DNA from: a virus
Reading direction: 5' to 3' (one strand)
Virus record (IMG/VR): IMGVR_UViG_3300027969_002350
Coordinates: 1 to 64,000 of that record
DNA: 64,000 bases
The first letter of the stretch is position 1; each line of letters begins with the position of its first letter. Positions 7,510 through 17,613 of this stretch are shown piece by piece. The notes under the pieces are model-generated. The model ran no database searches and was not told the origin of the DNA. It saw only the letters and a list, made by a program, of their open reading frames with translations. The position numbers and the translations under genes are program-made.

Positions 7510-10151
7510 GTTATGTTGACGCAGTTTATGTAAAAGATAAAGACCTTATCAATGTTGTAGAACGAGTTGATGGCGTAAGGAAGTTTAAAAGTTTCCCGGC
7601 ACATTATTTGTTTTACTATCAAGACAACAAAGGTCAATACACAGGCATTGATGGTAAAAAATTAACTAAAGTTGCTGTAGCCAGTAACAAAGCGTTTGAT
7701 AAAGAAAAACGTATCTATAGTCACAAACAACTTTATGAAAGCGATATTAAACCGCTTAATCGTTGTTTAGAACTAAACTATCTAAACAGTGATGCACCAA
7801 AAGTCAACAAGGCATTCTTTGACATCGAGGTTGCTTACAACAAAGTTAAAGGCTTTGCTGATCCCAGTGACCCTTTTAATCCTATCACTGCTATCTCTGT
7901 ACATTGTAGCTGGTTAGATAAATTAATCACGTTAGCAATTAAACCTGATAAGATGGCTCAGGACCAAGCGGAAGCTATTGTTGCTAGATTTGACGATACT
8001 ATTCTTTGTAGCACAGAAGAAGAAATGTTGGATATGTTCTTAAGTCTCATAGAAGATGCAGACATTATCAGTGGCTGGAACAGTGAAGGCTATGACGTAC
8101 CTTATACTGTTAATAGAATTATTAAACTTATGGGTGCAGATCATACTCGTAGATTCTGTTTGTGGAATGCTAAACCTAAAAAGCGCGAATACGAAAAGTA
8201 TGGTAAGATCAGTGCAACATATGACTTTGTGGGTCGCGTTCACTTAGACTATCTAAACTTATATCGTAAGTATACCTATCACGAACTTCATACATATCGT
8301 TTGGACTATGTAGGCGAGATTGAGATTGGCGAAACTAAAGTCCACTATGAAGGCACATTGGATCAATTGTATAACAATGACTTTGAAAAGTTTATTGCTT
8401 ATAACAGACAAGATACTATGTTGCTGTTCAAGATGGATGCCAAACTACAATACATTGACTTAGTTAATGTATTGGCACACGCAAATACAGTTACATTAAG
8501 CACAACAATGGGTGCAGTGGCAATGACTGACCAAGCGATTATTAATGAAGCACATGGCAGGGGTGTTATGGTTATGGATCGTAAGCGTGGTGATGGTATT
8601 GAAACACAAGCGGCAGGTGCTTATGTTGCGTATCCAGAAAAAGGTGTACATGACTGGATCGGAAGCATGGACTTGAACAGTCTATATCCTTCCTTAATCC
8701 GTGCTCTTAATATGAGCCCAGAAACTATTGTTGGTCAAGTACGTCAACAGCAAACTAAACCAGAAATTAAAGATTGGTTAGACAGCGGCAAAGGCTTTGC
8801 TGACTATTGGGATGGTAAGTTTGCTGTTCATGAGTATAATGAAATTGTCGCCAAGAATAAAGGCTACGACATAGTTATTGACTGGGAGAATGGTACTAGC
8901 ACCGAATTTAGCGCGGCAGAAGCATATGATTTAATTTACTTGCAAGGTAAGCCGTGGATGTTAACTGCTAATGGTACAATCTTTACCTATGAGAATCAAG
9001 GTGTTATTCCTGGCTTGTTGACTCGTTGGTATGCCGAACGTAAAGAACTGCAAGCAAAAGCAAAAGAAGCATACGGCAGTGATATGTTTGAATATTGGGA
9101 CAAGCGACAGTTAGTTAAAAAGATTAATTTGAACTCACTGTATGGCGCTTTGCTTAACGCAGGTAGTAGGTTCTTTGATATCCGTCTCGGACAAAGTACA
9201 ACGTTATTGGGTCGTTGTGTTGCTCGTCATATGGCAAGCCAAGTTAATAATGTGTTTACTGGTGAGTATGATCACAAAGGTAAAACTATTATCTATGGTG
9301 ATACAGACTCGTGTTACTTTAGTGCATATCCAGTTTACAAAGGTCAGATTGACAGAGGTGAAGTAGATTGGACTCGTGACAAAATTATTGAGCTATATGA
9401 CATGGTTGCCGATGAAGTTAATGCAACTTTTCCATTGTTTATGAATACTGCGTTTAATTGTCCAACTAACTTAGGTGAGATCATTAAAGCAGGACGAGAA
9501 GTTGTTGCGTCAAAAGGATTGTTCATTACTAAAAAGCGTTATGCTGTTCTTATCTATGATAAAGAAGGTAAACGCAAAGACAAAGATGGAGAGCTTGGCG
9601 AGATTAAAGCCATGGGCCTTGACTTGAAGCGAGCAGATACTCCTGAGTTTATGCAACGGTTCTTGGAAAAGATTTTGCTAATGGTGCTCAATGGACAGGA
9701 CAAGCAAGACGTTATTGATGCTATCAATGAATTTAGAACAGCATTTAAAGACCGTCCGGGTTGGGAGAAAGGTACACCCAAGCGTGTCAACAACTTGACC
9801 AAACACACAGAAGTCTTTGAAAAGACTGGTAAGTGCGGAGTTGGACATGCTATGGCGGCTATCAATTGGAATAGATTTAAAAAAGCACACGGTGACCAAG
9901 CAAGTTTGGATGTCACAGATGGTATGAAAGTTATTGTCTGTAAACTAAAATCCAATCCCATGGGCATCACAAGTATTGCACATCCAATTGACGAAATGAG
10001 ATTGCCAGAATGGTTCAAGGACATGCCTTTTGACCATGGCGCAATGGAAGAAACAATCATCAACAATAAAGTGGAAAACTTAATTGGTGTTCTTGATTGG
10101 GATATTCGAGCAAGTGATCAAACAAACACCTTCGAAAGTTTGTTTGCGTAA
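7506..10151 (+). CDS. Family B DNA polymerase (T4 gp43-like)
   Basis: Exonuclease motif FFDIEV; polymerase motifs SMDLNSLYPS, KKINLNSLYG, YGDTDS; KKRYA. Confidence 0.97.
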   Translation: MSYVDAVYVKDKDLINVVERVDGVRKFKSFPAHYLFYYQDNKGQYTGIDGKKLTKVAVASNKAFDKEKRIYSHKQLYESDIKPLNRCLELNYLNSDAPKVNKAFFDIEVAYNKVKGFADPSDPFNPITAISVHCSWLDKLITLAIKPDKMAQDQAEAIVARFDDTILCSTEEEMLDMFLSLIEDADIISGWNSEGYDVPYTVNRIIKLMGADHTRRFCLWNAKPKKREYEKYGKISATYDFVGRVHLDYLNLYRKYTYHELHTYRLDYVGEIEIGETKVHYEGTLDQLYNNDFEKFIAYNRQDTMLLFKMDAKLQYIDLVNVLAHANTVTLSTTMGAVAMTDQAIINEAHGRGVMVMDRKRGDGIETQAAGAYVAYPEKGVHDWIGSMDLNSLYPSLIRALNMSPETIVGQVRQQQTKPEIKDWLDSGKGFADYWDGKFAVHEYNEIVAKNKGYDIVIDWENGTSTEFSAAEAYDLIYLQGKPWMLTANGTIFTYENQGVIPGLLTRWYAERKELQAKAKEAYGSDMFEYWDKRQLVKKINLNSLYGALLNAGSRFFDIRLGQSTTLLGRCVARHMASQVNNVFTGEYDHKGKTIIYGDTDSCYFSAYPVYKGQIDRGEVDWTRDKIIELYDMVADEVNATFPLFMNTAFNCPTNLGEIIKAGREVVASKGLFITKKRYAVLIYDKEGKRKDKDGELGEIKAMGLDLKRADTPEFMQRFLEKILLMVLNGQDKQDVIDAINEFRTAFKDRPGWEKGTPKRVNNLTKHTEVFEKTGKCGVGHAMAAINWNRFKKAHGDQASLDVTDGMKVIVCKLKSNPMGITSIAHPIDEMRLPEWFKDMPFDHGAMEETIINNKVENLIGVLDWDIRASDQTNTFESLFA

Positions 10152-10236
10152 CTAAATAGAATACACGACATGCTTGGCGCACGTCGTATCAAAGATCAGC
10201 TTAACTATGTTTTGGTAATATAGGTAGTTATAACAG

Positions 10237-10265
10237 TTGACACACTAACCTAAATACAGTATACT
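10237..10265 (+). promoter_or_regulatory. Sigma70-type promoter
   Basis: TTGACA-N17-TATACT followed by AGGAG RBS. Confidence 0.75.
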
Positions 10266-10283
10266 ACTGTATAGGAGAAAATA

Positions 10284-11021
10284 ATGAAAGACGCAATTTT
10301 TGATATCGTGCGACACACAGCCAGCCTCGGCTTCTTTGACTTAGCAAAGATTACAGGCACTGATGCTAGCACAGAAATATGGACCTGTGACGAAAAACGT
10401 AACGTGGTCCTCGAAGCTGAATTAAAGAACCCAGTGGCATCGTTAATCGGTGAAGTTGGATTGGGAAATTTAAGTTTCTTAAATGGTCTCACTGGACTTT
10501 ACAACAAAGATGGCGTTGAAGTCGAAGTATCTACAGTTAATAAAAATGGAAATGATATTCCAGAGTATTTTATCTTTAAAGATGCAGAAGGCAACAACGA
10601 CAAGTATCGTTTGATGAGCAAAGAGATTATCGACACACAACTACAGCAAAGCAAGTTTAAAGGTGTTAAATGGGATATTAGTTTTGAACCCAAGAAAACT
10701 AAAGTCAGTGAAATGGCACAAAAGGCAGGTATCTACTCTGCGCTAGAGCCAACATTTACTGTAAAGACAGAGAACAACGACCTTGTTCTCATATTTGGTA
10801 GTGATACAGGCGGCAGCCACTTTGGACGTATGACCTTTGCAACTAATGTAACAGGTACTATGAAAGAAGGTTATTCTTGGCCCATTGACAAGTTTTTGAG
10901 TATTCTTAAACTTGGCATGAGCGGCGAATGCAAAGTACAATTCTGTCAAGTAGCTTGTATGATTACCATTGACAGCGGCACAGGTGTATATAATTACATC
11001 TTGCCAGGCCATACACGATAA
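10284..11021 (+). CDS. Putative sliding clamp (gp45-like)
   Basis: 245 aa alpha/beta protein directly after the polymerase; C-terminal ITIDSG..YNYILP strand pattern. Confidence 0.6.
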   Translation: MKDAIFDIVRHTASLGFFDLAKITGTDASTEIWTCDEKRNVVLEAELKNPVASLIGEVGLGNLSFLNGLTGLYNKDGVEVEVSTVNKNGNDIPEYFIFKDAEGNNDKYRLMSKEIIDTQLQQSKFKGVKWDISFEPKKTKVSEMAQKAGIYSALEPTFTVKTENNDLVLIFGSDTGGSHFGRMTFATNVTGTMKEGYSWPIDKFLSILKLGMSGECKVQFCQVACMITIDSGTGVYNYILPGHTR

Positions 11022-11029
11022 GGATTGTT

Positions 11030-11248
11030 ATGGCAACTAAACTAACTCCTATTAAACAAGAAGAAGTTTCGCTAGCATCTACACAAGATGCAATTCTTTT
11101 AGAGCTAAAAAAACATACAGAATATCTACACAGAGTCGATTGGAAACTGTGGATGATTATGAATATGTTTAGAACTGTAGGTGAAGAAAATGGCTACACT
11201 TTTAGTGTAGTACATAGAGACGGTGACGATACCGACAAGGAAATTTAA
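11030..11248 (+). CDS. Hypothetical protein with DWKLW motif
   Basis: AAGGA RBS; shares motif with the next gene. Confidence 0.65.
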   Translation: MATKLTPIKQEEVSLASTQDAILLELKKHTEYLHRVDWKLWMIMNMFRTVGEENGYTFSVVHRDGDDTDKEI

Positions 11249-11250
11249 AA

Positions 11251-11514
11251 ATGACAGATAATCAAGCGGCACAAATAGTAGAAACACTTGAGAAGATTGA
11301 AAAACATCTTCAAGCAATTGATTGGAAATTCTGGGATATATATCAGAAATTTTCTAAAGATGACTCTAATCCTTCTAACAATGAAACACCAGTTACAGAT
11401 GTTAAGGCAGATAATGAATTAGATACTCTTGCTGAAATTATAAATGAATCTAATAAACCAGTAGTTAAACATACATTAAAATATCCTAGCATTGAGATTT
11501 TAAAAAATGAATAA
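11251..11514 (+). CDS. Hypothetical protein with DWKFW motif
   Basis: AAGGA RBS; shares motif with the previous gene. Confidence 0.65.
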   Translation: MTDNQAAQIVETLEKIEKHLQAIDWKFWDIYQKFSKDDSNPSNNETPVTDVKADNELDTLAEIINESNKPVVKHTLKYPSIEILKNE

Positions 11515-11881
11515 AATGATTTGGGTAACCTTCCAAAAAGAAGGAATACATAAGTATCCAGCGGCTCTAACTGATCCCAACTTGGCTACCGGCGATGAAT
11601 ATGATGTCAGCTTTCTTGGCTATCCTCACAGACACATATTTCATTTTAAAGTATCCATTGAAGTGTTTCATGACGATCGTGACATTGAATTTATTCAATT
11701 TAAACGCTGGTTGGAAAATCTCTATAAAGATGCTATACTAGCATTAGACTTTAAAAGTTGCGAGATGATCGCAGAGGATTTATATTCTCAAATTGCTACC
11801 CGCTATCCTGGCAGGGCAGTATGGATTGACGTGAGTGAGGATGAAGAAAATGGATGCCACATTCAATTTAACAAGAAGTAA
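11507..11881 (+). CDS. queD: QueD-like T-fold protein (6-carboxytetrahydropterin synthase family)
   Basis: HRHIFH metal-binding histidines, SCEMIA and VSEDEEN motifs; lies near TGT-like, folE and queE. Confidence 0.7.
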   Translation: MNKMIWVTFQKEGIHKYPAALTDPNLATGDEYDVSFLGYPHRHIFHFKVSIEVFHDDRDIEFIQFKRWLENLYKDAILALDFKSCEMIAEDLYSQIATRYPGRAVWIDVSEDEENGCHIQFNKK

Positions 11882-11891
11882 AGTGAGAACT

Positions 11892-12248
11892 ATGCATAAT
11901 AATAATTCTTATGTAAGTCGTGCTATGATTAATATCAACGATATCAAATATGATTTGTTGAAAATTAGTGAGATGTACGACGGAGTGTTACAAGATGGTC
12001 TTGGACACATTGCCGCAGACATGTTCTGCCAGTATCTACAAGATATGTGTGACCAGAGATGGATGCACAGTTTTGAGATCACAGAAATTGTGTTGAAAGA
12101 ACACAGTTATACATACGACATTAATATCCAAATTACTAATGATCGTACTCCAAAGAAATTAAAGATTCACGTGGGTCTTTATAAGAGTGCTTGGCCTAGC
12201 TTTGCTAGTACAATGAAGAATACTGAGACTGGTTATGTCGCTCAGTAA
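11892..12248 (+). CDS. Hypothetical protein
   Basis: ORF between the QueD-like and TGT-like genes; ATG 11892 preferred. Confidence 0.6.
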   Translation: MHNNNSYVSRAMININDIKYDLLKISEMYDGVLQDGLGHIAADMFCQYLQDMCDQRWMHSFEITEIVLKEHSYTYDINIQITNDRTPKKLKIHVGLYKSAWPSFASTMKNTETGYVAQ

Positions 12249-13755
12249 AAAAAGCACAGTTGATCTATGGGCAAAGAATGCAGACTATTCTGTGTTCCTC
12301 CCTAGTATCAGCACATTCTACAACGACTTTATCAGCAAACAACATCATAGTGAGTTTGTTCCTAAAGATCGTATTCCTGCAGAATGTGAAAATGGTATAG
12401 AAGGCTTTAACTTTTTAAACAAAGAACAGGCCTACTATTATTATCCTTGGGCATTGTATTCAGCAGGTCACGCTCAACTTGATATTGCTAAAAGCAAAGT
12501 ACAAGAATCTATGGTCCATCGTAGAGATAAAAAAGAAACTTTTATTCTCGGCGACTCAGGTGGATTTCAAATTGGTAAAGGTGTTATTAAGTTTGACTGG
12601 GATCGCTTCTTTGAAAAGAAGGGTGATGCTGATTATAAAGGATCAGCAGATGGAGTTCGTGATGCTATTCTAAATTGGTTAGAAGAGACTGCTGACTATT
12701 CAATGATCCTTGATATTCCAACATGGGCTGCCGATCCAGTTAATAAGAGTCGTACCAAGCTCAACGGCTTTAATGATGCACTTAAAGGAACTTTGTTTAA
12801 CAACGATTACTTCTTAAAGAATCGTAAAGGTAAAACTAAATTCCTAAACGTACTACAGGGTGGTAATGGTGTTGATGCTGATATTTGGTATGACGCAGTA
12901 AAGCATTATCCGTTCGAAGGTTGGGCCATGGGTGGACAGAATATGCGTGATGCATATCTAATGTTACGCAGACTTATTACTTTACGAGATGATAAACTTC
13001 TTGATCCAGGACATGATGTTATTCACTTCTTAGGTACAAGTAAATTAGAGTGGGCCTGTTTGCTAACAGCAGTACAACGTAATATCAGAAAAACTATTAA
13101 TCCAGGTATGAATGTTACATTTGACTGTGCCAGTCCTTTCATTGCCACTGCTAAAGGTCAAATCTATACACAGCATAGACATGAAAATGACAGCTTTCGT
13201 TATGTAATGACTAAGGCATTAGATAGTAAGAAGTTTGCTGGTAGTGAAATTCCTTGGCCTTGGTCTAGTCCTATTGGCGATAGAATGACCATGGGCGATG
13301 TCTGTTACTATTCTCCTGGTATGCTAAACAAGATTGGCAAAGAAGGTAAAACTTCGTGGGATAGTTTTAGTTACTTCTTACAAATGGGTCATAACGTATA
13401 TCAACACATTGAATCAGTTCAACGTGCTAACATGCTTGCAGATGCGGCAGCTTTGATGCATCAACCTGATCCTGGACATTGGACTAAAGTCAAGAATGGT
13501 GTTGATGAGCCTAGCTCATGGGTACCTAGAAATACTTTGTATATGATTGAACTTGTTAACAGAGTCTTTAACAGCGAAACACCTATGACAGAACTCAATC
13601 GTGCTGAACATTTGTTGGCTGAGTTTAATGTCAAGAAAACTCTAAAGAACACAGCAGAAACATTTGATAGCTTATTTGACGTTGTTGAGCAAGACCAAGA
13701 TGAAGATTCTTGGGAAGGTCTAGATGCTGACGAATTGTTGAAAGACATACTATGA
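12235..13755 (+). CDS. dpdA: TGT-fold transglycosylase, DpdA-like (probable DNA 7-deazaguanine insertase)
   Basis: ILGDSGGFQ, MILDIP, NVLQGG, GWAMGG, IHFLG and TFDCASP motifs of the tRNA-guanine transglycosylase fold; clustered with folE/queD/queE. Confidence 0.75.
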   Translation: MSLSKKSTVDLWAKNADYSVFLPSISTFYNDFISKQHHSEFVPKDRIPAECENGIEGFNFLNKEQAYYYYPWALYSAGHAQLDIAKSKVQESMVHRRDKKETFILGDSGGFQIGKGVIKFDWDRFFEKKGDADYKGSADGVRDAILNWLEETADYSMILDIPTWAADPVNKSRTKLNGFNDALKGTLFNNDYFLKNRKGKTKFLNVLQGGNGVDADIWYDAVKHYPFEGWAMGGQNMRDAYLMLRRLITLRDDKLLDPGHDVIHFLGTSKLEWACLLTAVQRNIRKTINPGMNVTFDCASPFIATAKGQIYTQHRHENDSFRYVMTKALDSKKFAGSEIPWPWSSPIGDRMTMGDVCYYSPGMLNKIGKEGKTSWDSFSYFLQMGHNVYQHIESVQRANMLADAAALMHQPDPGHWTKVKNGVDEPSSWVPRNTLYMIELVNRVFNSETPMTELNRAEHLLAEFNVKKTLKNTAETFDSLFDVVEQDQDEDSWEGLDADELLKDIL

Positions 13756-14270
13756 AAAGAGATTATGCTCAAGGGGAGAAGGATGATGTTCAATTCTTTA
13801 CTGGCGTAGAGATTGAACACACACCTGCCTATGGAATGAATACTTTGTTTGTAACTAATCTTCAAACTATAGATGCTATTGAATTATTATTGGCAGCTAA
13901 CAATACTATCAAACATATCTTTTTTGGAGCCAATCATAGTTTTAATCCACAGACTCCAGAAGAGTGGGATAGCTGGCAAGATATGATTCAGTTCTTTCTA
14001 GACAAAAATTATCTATGCTCATTAGATATTCCGCTAAGTGCTGTTGAAGAATTCAATGACGGTGGTCTAAACGAGAACGATAATTTTATTCCTCAGATCC
14101 GTGTTCCGATTCCTTATATTAAATTGTGGAATTATAACACTATGATTAAAATTGATGACAAGGATTTTAAGGCAACTAATCCCGGTGTGTGGAGTCATAG
14201 TTTACATTCATTAACTAATAGAGAAAACTTTACTCCTTGGTTTAAATATGAAGATGATAAAATTGTATAA
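13752..14270 (+). CDS. Hypothetical protein coupled to the TGT-like gene
   Basis: ATGA overlap with the TGT-like stop; 172 aa. Confidence 0.7.
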   Translation: MKRDYAQGEKDDVQFFTGVEIEHTPAYGMNTLFVTNLQTIDAIELLLAANNTIKHIFFGANHSFNPQTPEEWDSWQDMIQFFLDKNYLCSLDIPLSAVEEFNDGGLNENDNFIPQIRVPIPYIKLWNYNTMIKIDDKDFKATNPGVWSHSLHSLTNRENFTPWFKYEDDKIV

Positions 14271-14282
14271 GTAAAAATTAGT

Positions 14283-15194
14283 TTAGTCTAAACTAGACAC
14301 CGCATTTAAATTCTTATGGTGCCACTCGAGTAAATCTTTACTGAACTCATCATTGGTTATTTGGAATATTTCTTCCAAATAACCTTTTTCGAATAGTTTG
14401 CTGTAGTAAATTCTATTTGTGTTAACTGTAGTGTCGTGAAAAAACTGTATGTTATTCTCATATGGACCATCTAAGTAATTTATATACTTACAATATAGCT
14501 CAGTAGTTGTGCTCGATATTAACTCTTTAAAATTTTTAAAATCTGGGAATATATAATTAGACATCATACATGCAATATATATTTCTTCTATTTCAGTAAT
14601 ACCAACACTTTTTGACCATGTAGAAAATTCATCTAGTATAGTTAGCTTGCTTCCTAATTTCCAGAAATTCATTTTGTACGTATCGATAATTGAATCTACA
14701 GAAGATTTATTATTGAATACTTTTAAAAATCGTAATTTGTTTATATAAGTGTAGCTTTCTTTATTATCTATGAATATAGACCATGTGTTGGTTTTATTGA
14801 AATATGAATTAGTTGTCAGGTGTAGTTTACATAGATTAGGTTTATCAGTTACTAACATAGGTCGAGTGCCGTTTATTATTTTTATTGCTTCATTTAAATC
14901 TCCAGCAGACACTCTGAGTAATTCTTTAAATATTAAATTTTTTATATCTTCAATATTCCCATTATCGAGTCGAGAAAATCCAATTGCCGATAAAAATGGA
15001 GTTACGTGTAATATTGTTCTATTATTTTCATCTAACCTAAGTGCATCTGCATCAGTTTTGTATATATTAGAATATTGTCTTAATTTAGTTATTAGGAATT
15101 CACCACCAGAGCCGCCATTATATGCAAGATAATGTAATTGGTATTGAGCAAATATATCATTAATTTGTTGTTTAAGTTGTTGTTCTGTAATCAT
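14283..15194 (-). CDS. Hypothetical protein with Gly-rich loop (sulfotransferase/P-loop-like)
   Basis: LAYNGGSGGEFL motif; paralog of the adjacent gene. Confidence 0.55.
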   Translation of the reverse strand: MITEQQLKQQINDIFAQYQLHYLAYNGGSGGEFLITKLRQYSNIYKTDADALRLDENNRTILHVTPFLSAIGFSRLDNGNIEDIKNLIFKELLRVSAGDLNEAIKIINGTRPMLVTDKPNLCKLHLTTNSYFNKTNTWSIFIDNKESYTYINKLRFLKVFNNKSSVDSIIDTYKMNFWKLGSKLTILDEFSTWSKSVGITEIEEIYIACMMSNYIFPDFKNFKELISSTTTELYCKYINYLDGPYENNIQFFHDTTVNTNRIYYSKLFEKGYLEEIFQITNDEFSKDLLEWHHKNLNAVSSLD

Positions 15195-16120
15195 AAAATA
15201 AATTTATCTGTGTCGAAGCCATAAGATTTTATCAACGAAATATTAGTTGTATGCCATTGTAATAACTCTTGATGGAATACTGGGTTAGAAATATTAAACA
15301 TATTTTCTAAATATCCCTCATTAAAGATTTTAGTATACTCTATTATATTAACGTTGTCAGTTAGCATCGTAGTAGAGTCTTGTATAAATTTAGTATGATA
15401 TACCGGACAAGAAGGTAACTGCACTTTCTTAATTTTGTTTAAGAAAAAATTGTAAATGTCTACTAATGACATTGCAAAAATATCTTTATAACTGCCGATC
15501 TCATCTAAATATTCTATACAATATCGATGTCCAAAATAAATTTCTGTTTGATTATTATCTTGCATCCATTTAAGTGCATCATCATACTTTCTTCTATCTC
15601 TGCCGCTTTTGCTTGTATACTCATCAAAATACATTGATGCAAGATTATAATCCAGTTTATAACTACACGCTTTTATAACACGCATTAAAGACGAATATTC
15701 TAACCACAGTTCGTTATCTGGAATTATTGCAAATGAGTTTTGTTTATTGAAATATTCGTTAACCGAATAGTGTACCCTAAGTAGATATTTTTTATCTTTA
15801 ATAAATTTTTCGGCTATGTCTAATTCTTTGTCCAAATCCAATCTTAGTATTTTGGCATCGTGTATTATTCCCGCATACAAATCGTCTAAATTACCTGTTA
15901 TTGCCGGCACACTGGCCATTAATTTAAAAAACTTAGGTAGTTCAATTACTGTTCTATTCTCACGATTAACTGTTGTAAGATGTGTTAAGTTTTCATAAAT
16001 AGGAGAATACTTACTAATATGTAATGCAAAAAACTCACCGCCCGAACCTCCGGGAAATTGTAACCAAGCCTGTGTTTTGGCAAGTTCTAACAGTCGTTCT
16101 ATTTTGTTTAGTTCACTCAT
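15191..16120 (-). CDS. Hypothetical protein with Gly-rich loop (sulfotransferase/P-loop-like)
   Basis: QFPGGSGGEFF motif; ATG 16120 downstream of a minus-strand TAAATA (16131-16136). Confidence 0.55.
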   Translation of the reverse strand: MSELNKIERLLELAKTQAWLQFPGGSGGEFFALHISKYSPIYENLTHLTTVNRENRTVIELPKFFKLMASVPAITGNLDDLYAGIIHDAKILRLDLDKELDIAEKFIKDKKYLLRVHYSVNEYFNKQNSFAIIPDNELWLEYSSLMRVIKACSYKLDYNLASMYFDEYTSKSGRDRRKYDDALKWMQDNNQTEIYFGHRYCIEYLDEIGSYKDIFAMSLVDIYNFFLNKIKKVQLPSCPVYHTKFIQDSTTMLTDNVNIIEYTKIFNEGYLENMFNISNPVFHQELLQWHTTNISLIKSYGFDTDKFIL

Positions 16121-16136
16121 AATGGCGAAGTATTTA

Positions 16137-16165
16137 TTGACAAACACCTTAATAGATTGTAAAAT
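16137..16165 (+). promoter_or_regulatory. Sigma70-type promoter
   Basis: TTGACA-N17-TAAAAT, 6 nt before ATG 16172. Confidence 0.7.
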
Positions 16166-16171
16166 ATAAAG

Positions 16172-17269
16172 ATGAAAATATATATTATTGACTTAGAAGC
16201 AGTAAGCACCCGCTATACTGGTCAGTGGAAAGATCACGTTCCACAATTACTTAGAAAAGCAGGTTACGATGTTCAAGTTATTTCTGGTCCTGAGGATATT
16301 CCTAGTGCCACTACTCCTGGCGCCTTTCTTAATTTCGGCGGCACTAATATCTATAAGTCTAGTCAAGTTGAGCAGATGGGCCGTTTATTTTGCTCCGGAG
16401 CAGTTAAGCCTGGCGATCATTTTTTGTTTACTGACGCTTGGCATCCTGGTATCATAAACTTAAAGTACATGAGTGAACTACTAGATATTCCAGTAGTTAC
16501 ACATGGGTTATGGCATGCCGGTAGTTACGATCCTCAAGATTTCCTTGGACGTCTTGTTGGTAATAAACCTTGGGTTAGGCATGCTGAGAAGAGTTTCTTC
16601 TACGCATTTGATCACAATTATTTTGCCACAGACTTTCATATCAAAATGTTCTATACAAATTTACTAAATGATTATCCTACAGAGAATCCTTGGTTTAGTG
16701 AACACCTTGACGAAATATTAAAAGGTGAGGATCCTAGATTTGTTCGCACCGGTTGGCCTATGGAGTATATGAATGATACTTTAAGTTTATACAAAGGTAT
16801 GCCTAAACGTGACCTTATTGTATTTCCCCATCGCATCGCTCCTGAGAAACAAGTTGAAATCTTCCGTGATTTAAAAACTCATTTACCACAATATGAATTT
16901 GTAGTATGTCAGGATCGGCAACTTACTAAGAATGAATATCACACATTATTAGGAGAAGCTAAAATTGTGTTTAGTTGTAGTCTACAAGAAACACTGGGCA
17001 TTGGCTGTTATGAAGGTGCAATAGTTGATGCTATTCCTATGGTGCCAGATAGACTAAGCTACAGTGAAATGTATTTAGATGTATTCAAATATGATAGTAA
17101 ATGGAGTGAATCATGGGAGGCTTATAATGTTTACCGTCCAGACTTGTGCCGCGCTATTATGACACACATGGATTATTATGACACTCGTTTATCATTGCTC
17201 AAACAACAAACGGCTAGTTTAACAACTAATTTCTTTAGCGCAGGAGATATGTTAAGGAATATAAAATGA
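16172..17269 (+). CDS. GT-B glycosyltransferase (GT4-like)
   Basis: FPHRIAPEKQ and SLQETLGIGCYEG motifs (E-x7-E) followed by PMVPDRLSYSE. Confidence 0.75.
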   Translation: MKIYIIDLEAVSTRYTGQWKDHVPQLLRKAGYDVQVISGPEDIPSATTPGAFLNFGGTNIYKSSQVEQMGRLFCSGAVKPGDHFLFTDAWHPGIINLKYMSELLDIPVVTHGLWHAGSYDPQDFLGRLVGNKPWVRHAEKSFFYAFDHNYFATDFHIKMFYTNLLNDYPTENPWFSEHLDEILKGEDPRFVRTGWPMEYMNDTLSLYKGMPKRDLIVFPHRIAPEKQVEIFRDLKTHLPQYEFVVCQDRQLTKNEYHTLLGEAKIVFSCSLQETLGIGCYEGAIVDAIPMVPDRLSYSEMYLDVFKYDSKWSESWEAYNVYRPDLCRAIMTHMDYYDTRLSLLKQQTASLTTNFFSAGDMLRNIK

Positions 17270-17613
17270 TTAAAATACAAAGTTATGGTCCGGTACCTAG
17301 TTGGTATCAAGTTGATAACAATTATAACCTACCTGGTATTACTGGCGCTGTTCAATGGAATGGTCACGGTAAATGTTTTGAAGTTAGTATTGGTACTGGC
17401 TGGCAACGTATTGACAATACTGTTCAAATACAGCATAATGCAGATTTACAAAAAATTATTGCATGGGCAAATATAAAAATGTCCGAAGAAGAAAAAATGC
17501 AGGACTTGCGTAGTAAATACCCAGCACTAGATGAGGCATACAATCATTTAGAATTAATTAAAGCATTGGTTACATCTGGATCAGAAGAAAACAGCGTACA
17601 AACAAGCCCATGA
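17266..17613 (+). CDS. Hypothetical protein
   Basis: ATGA overlaps on both sides. Confidence 0.65.
   Translation: MIKIQSYGPVPSWYQVDNNYNLPGITGAVQWNGHGKCFEVSIGTGWQRIDNTVQIQHNADLQKIIAWANIKMSEEEKMQDLRSKYPALDEAYNHLELIKALVTSGSEENSVQTSP

Noticed and set aside
7506-10151. Intein or intron in the DNA polymerase
   Set aside because: ORF is continuous at normal length with motifs in order; no intein termini or homing endonuclease motifs seen
12235-13755. Canonical bacterial tRNA-guanine transglycosylase (tgt)
   Set aside because: Lacks the C-terminal CxCxxC zinc site and is highly divergent; replication-gene context favours a DNA-acting DpdA-like enzyme, though this is unproven
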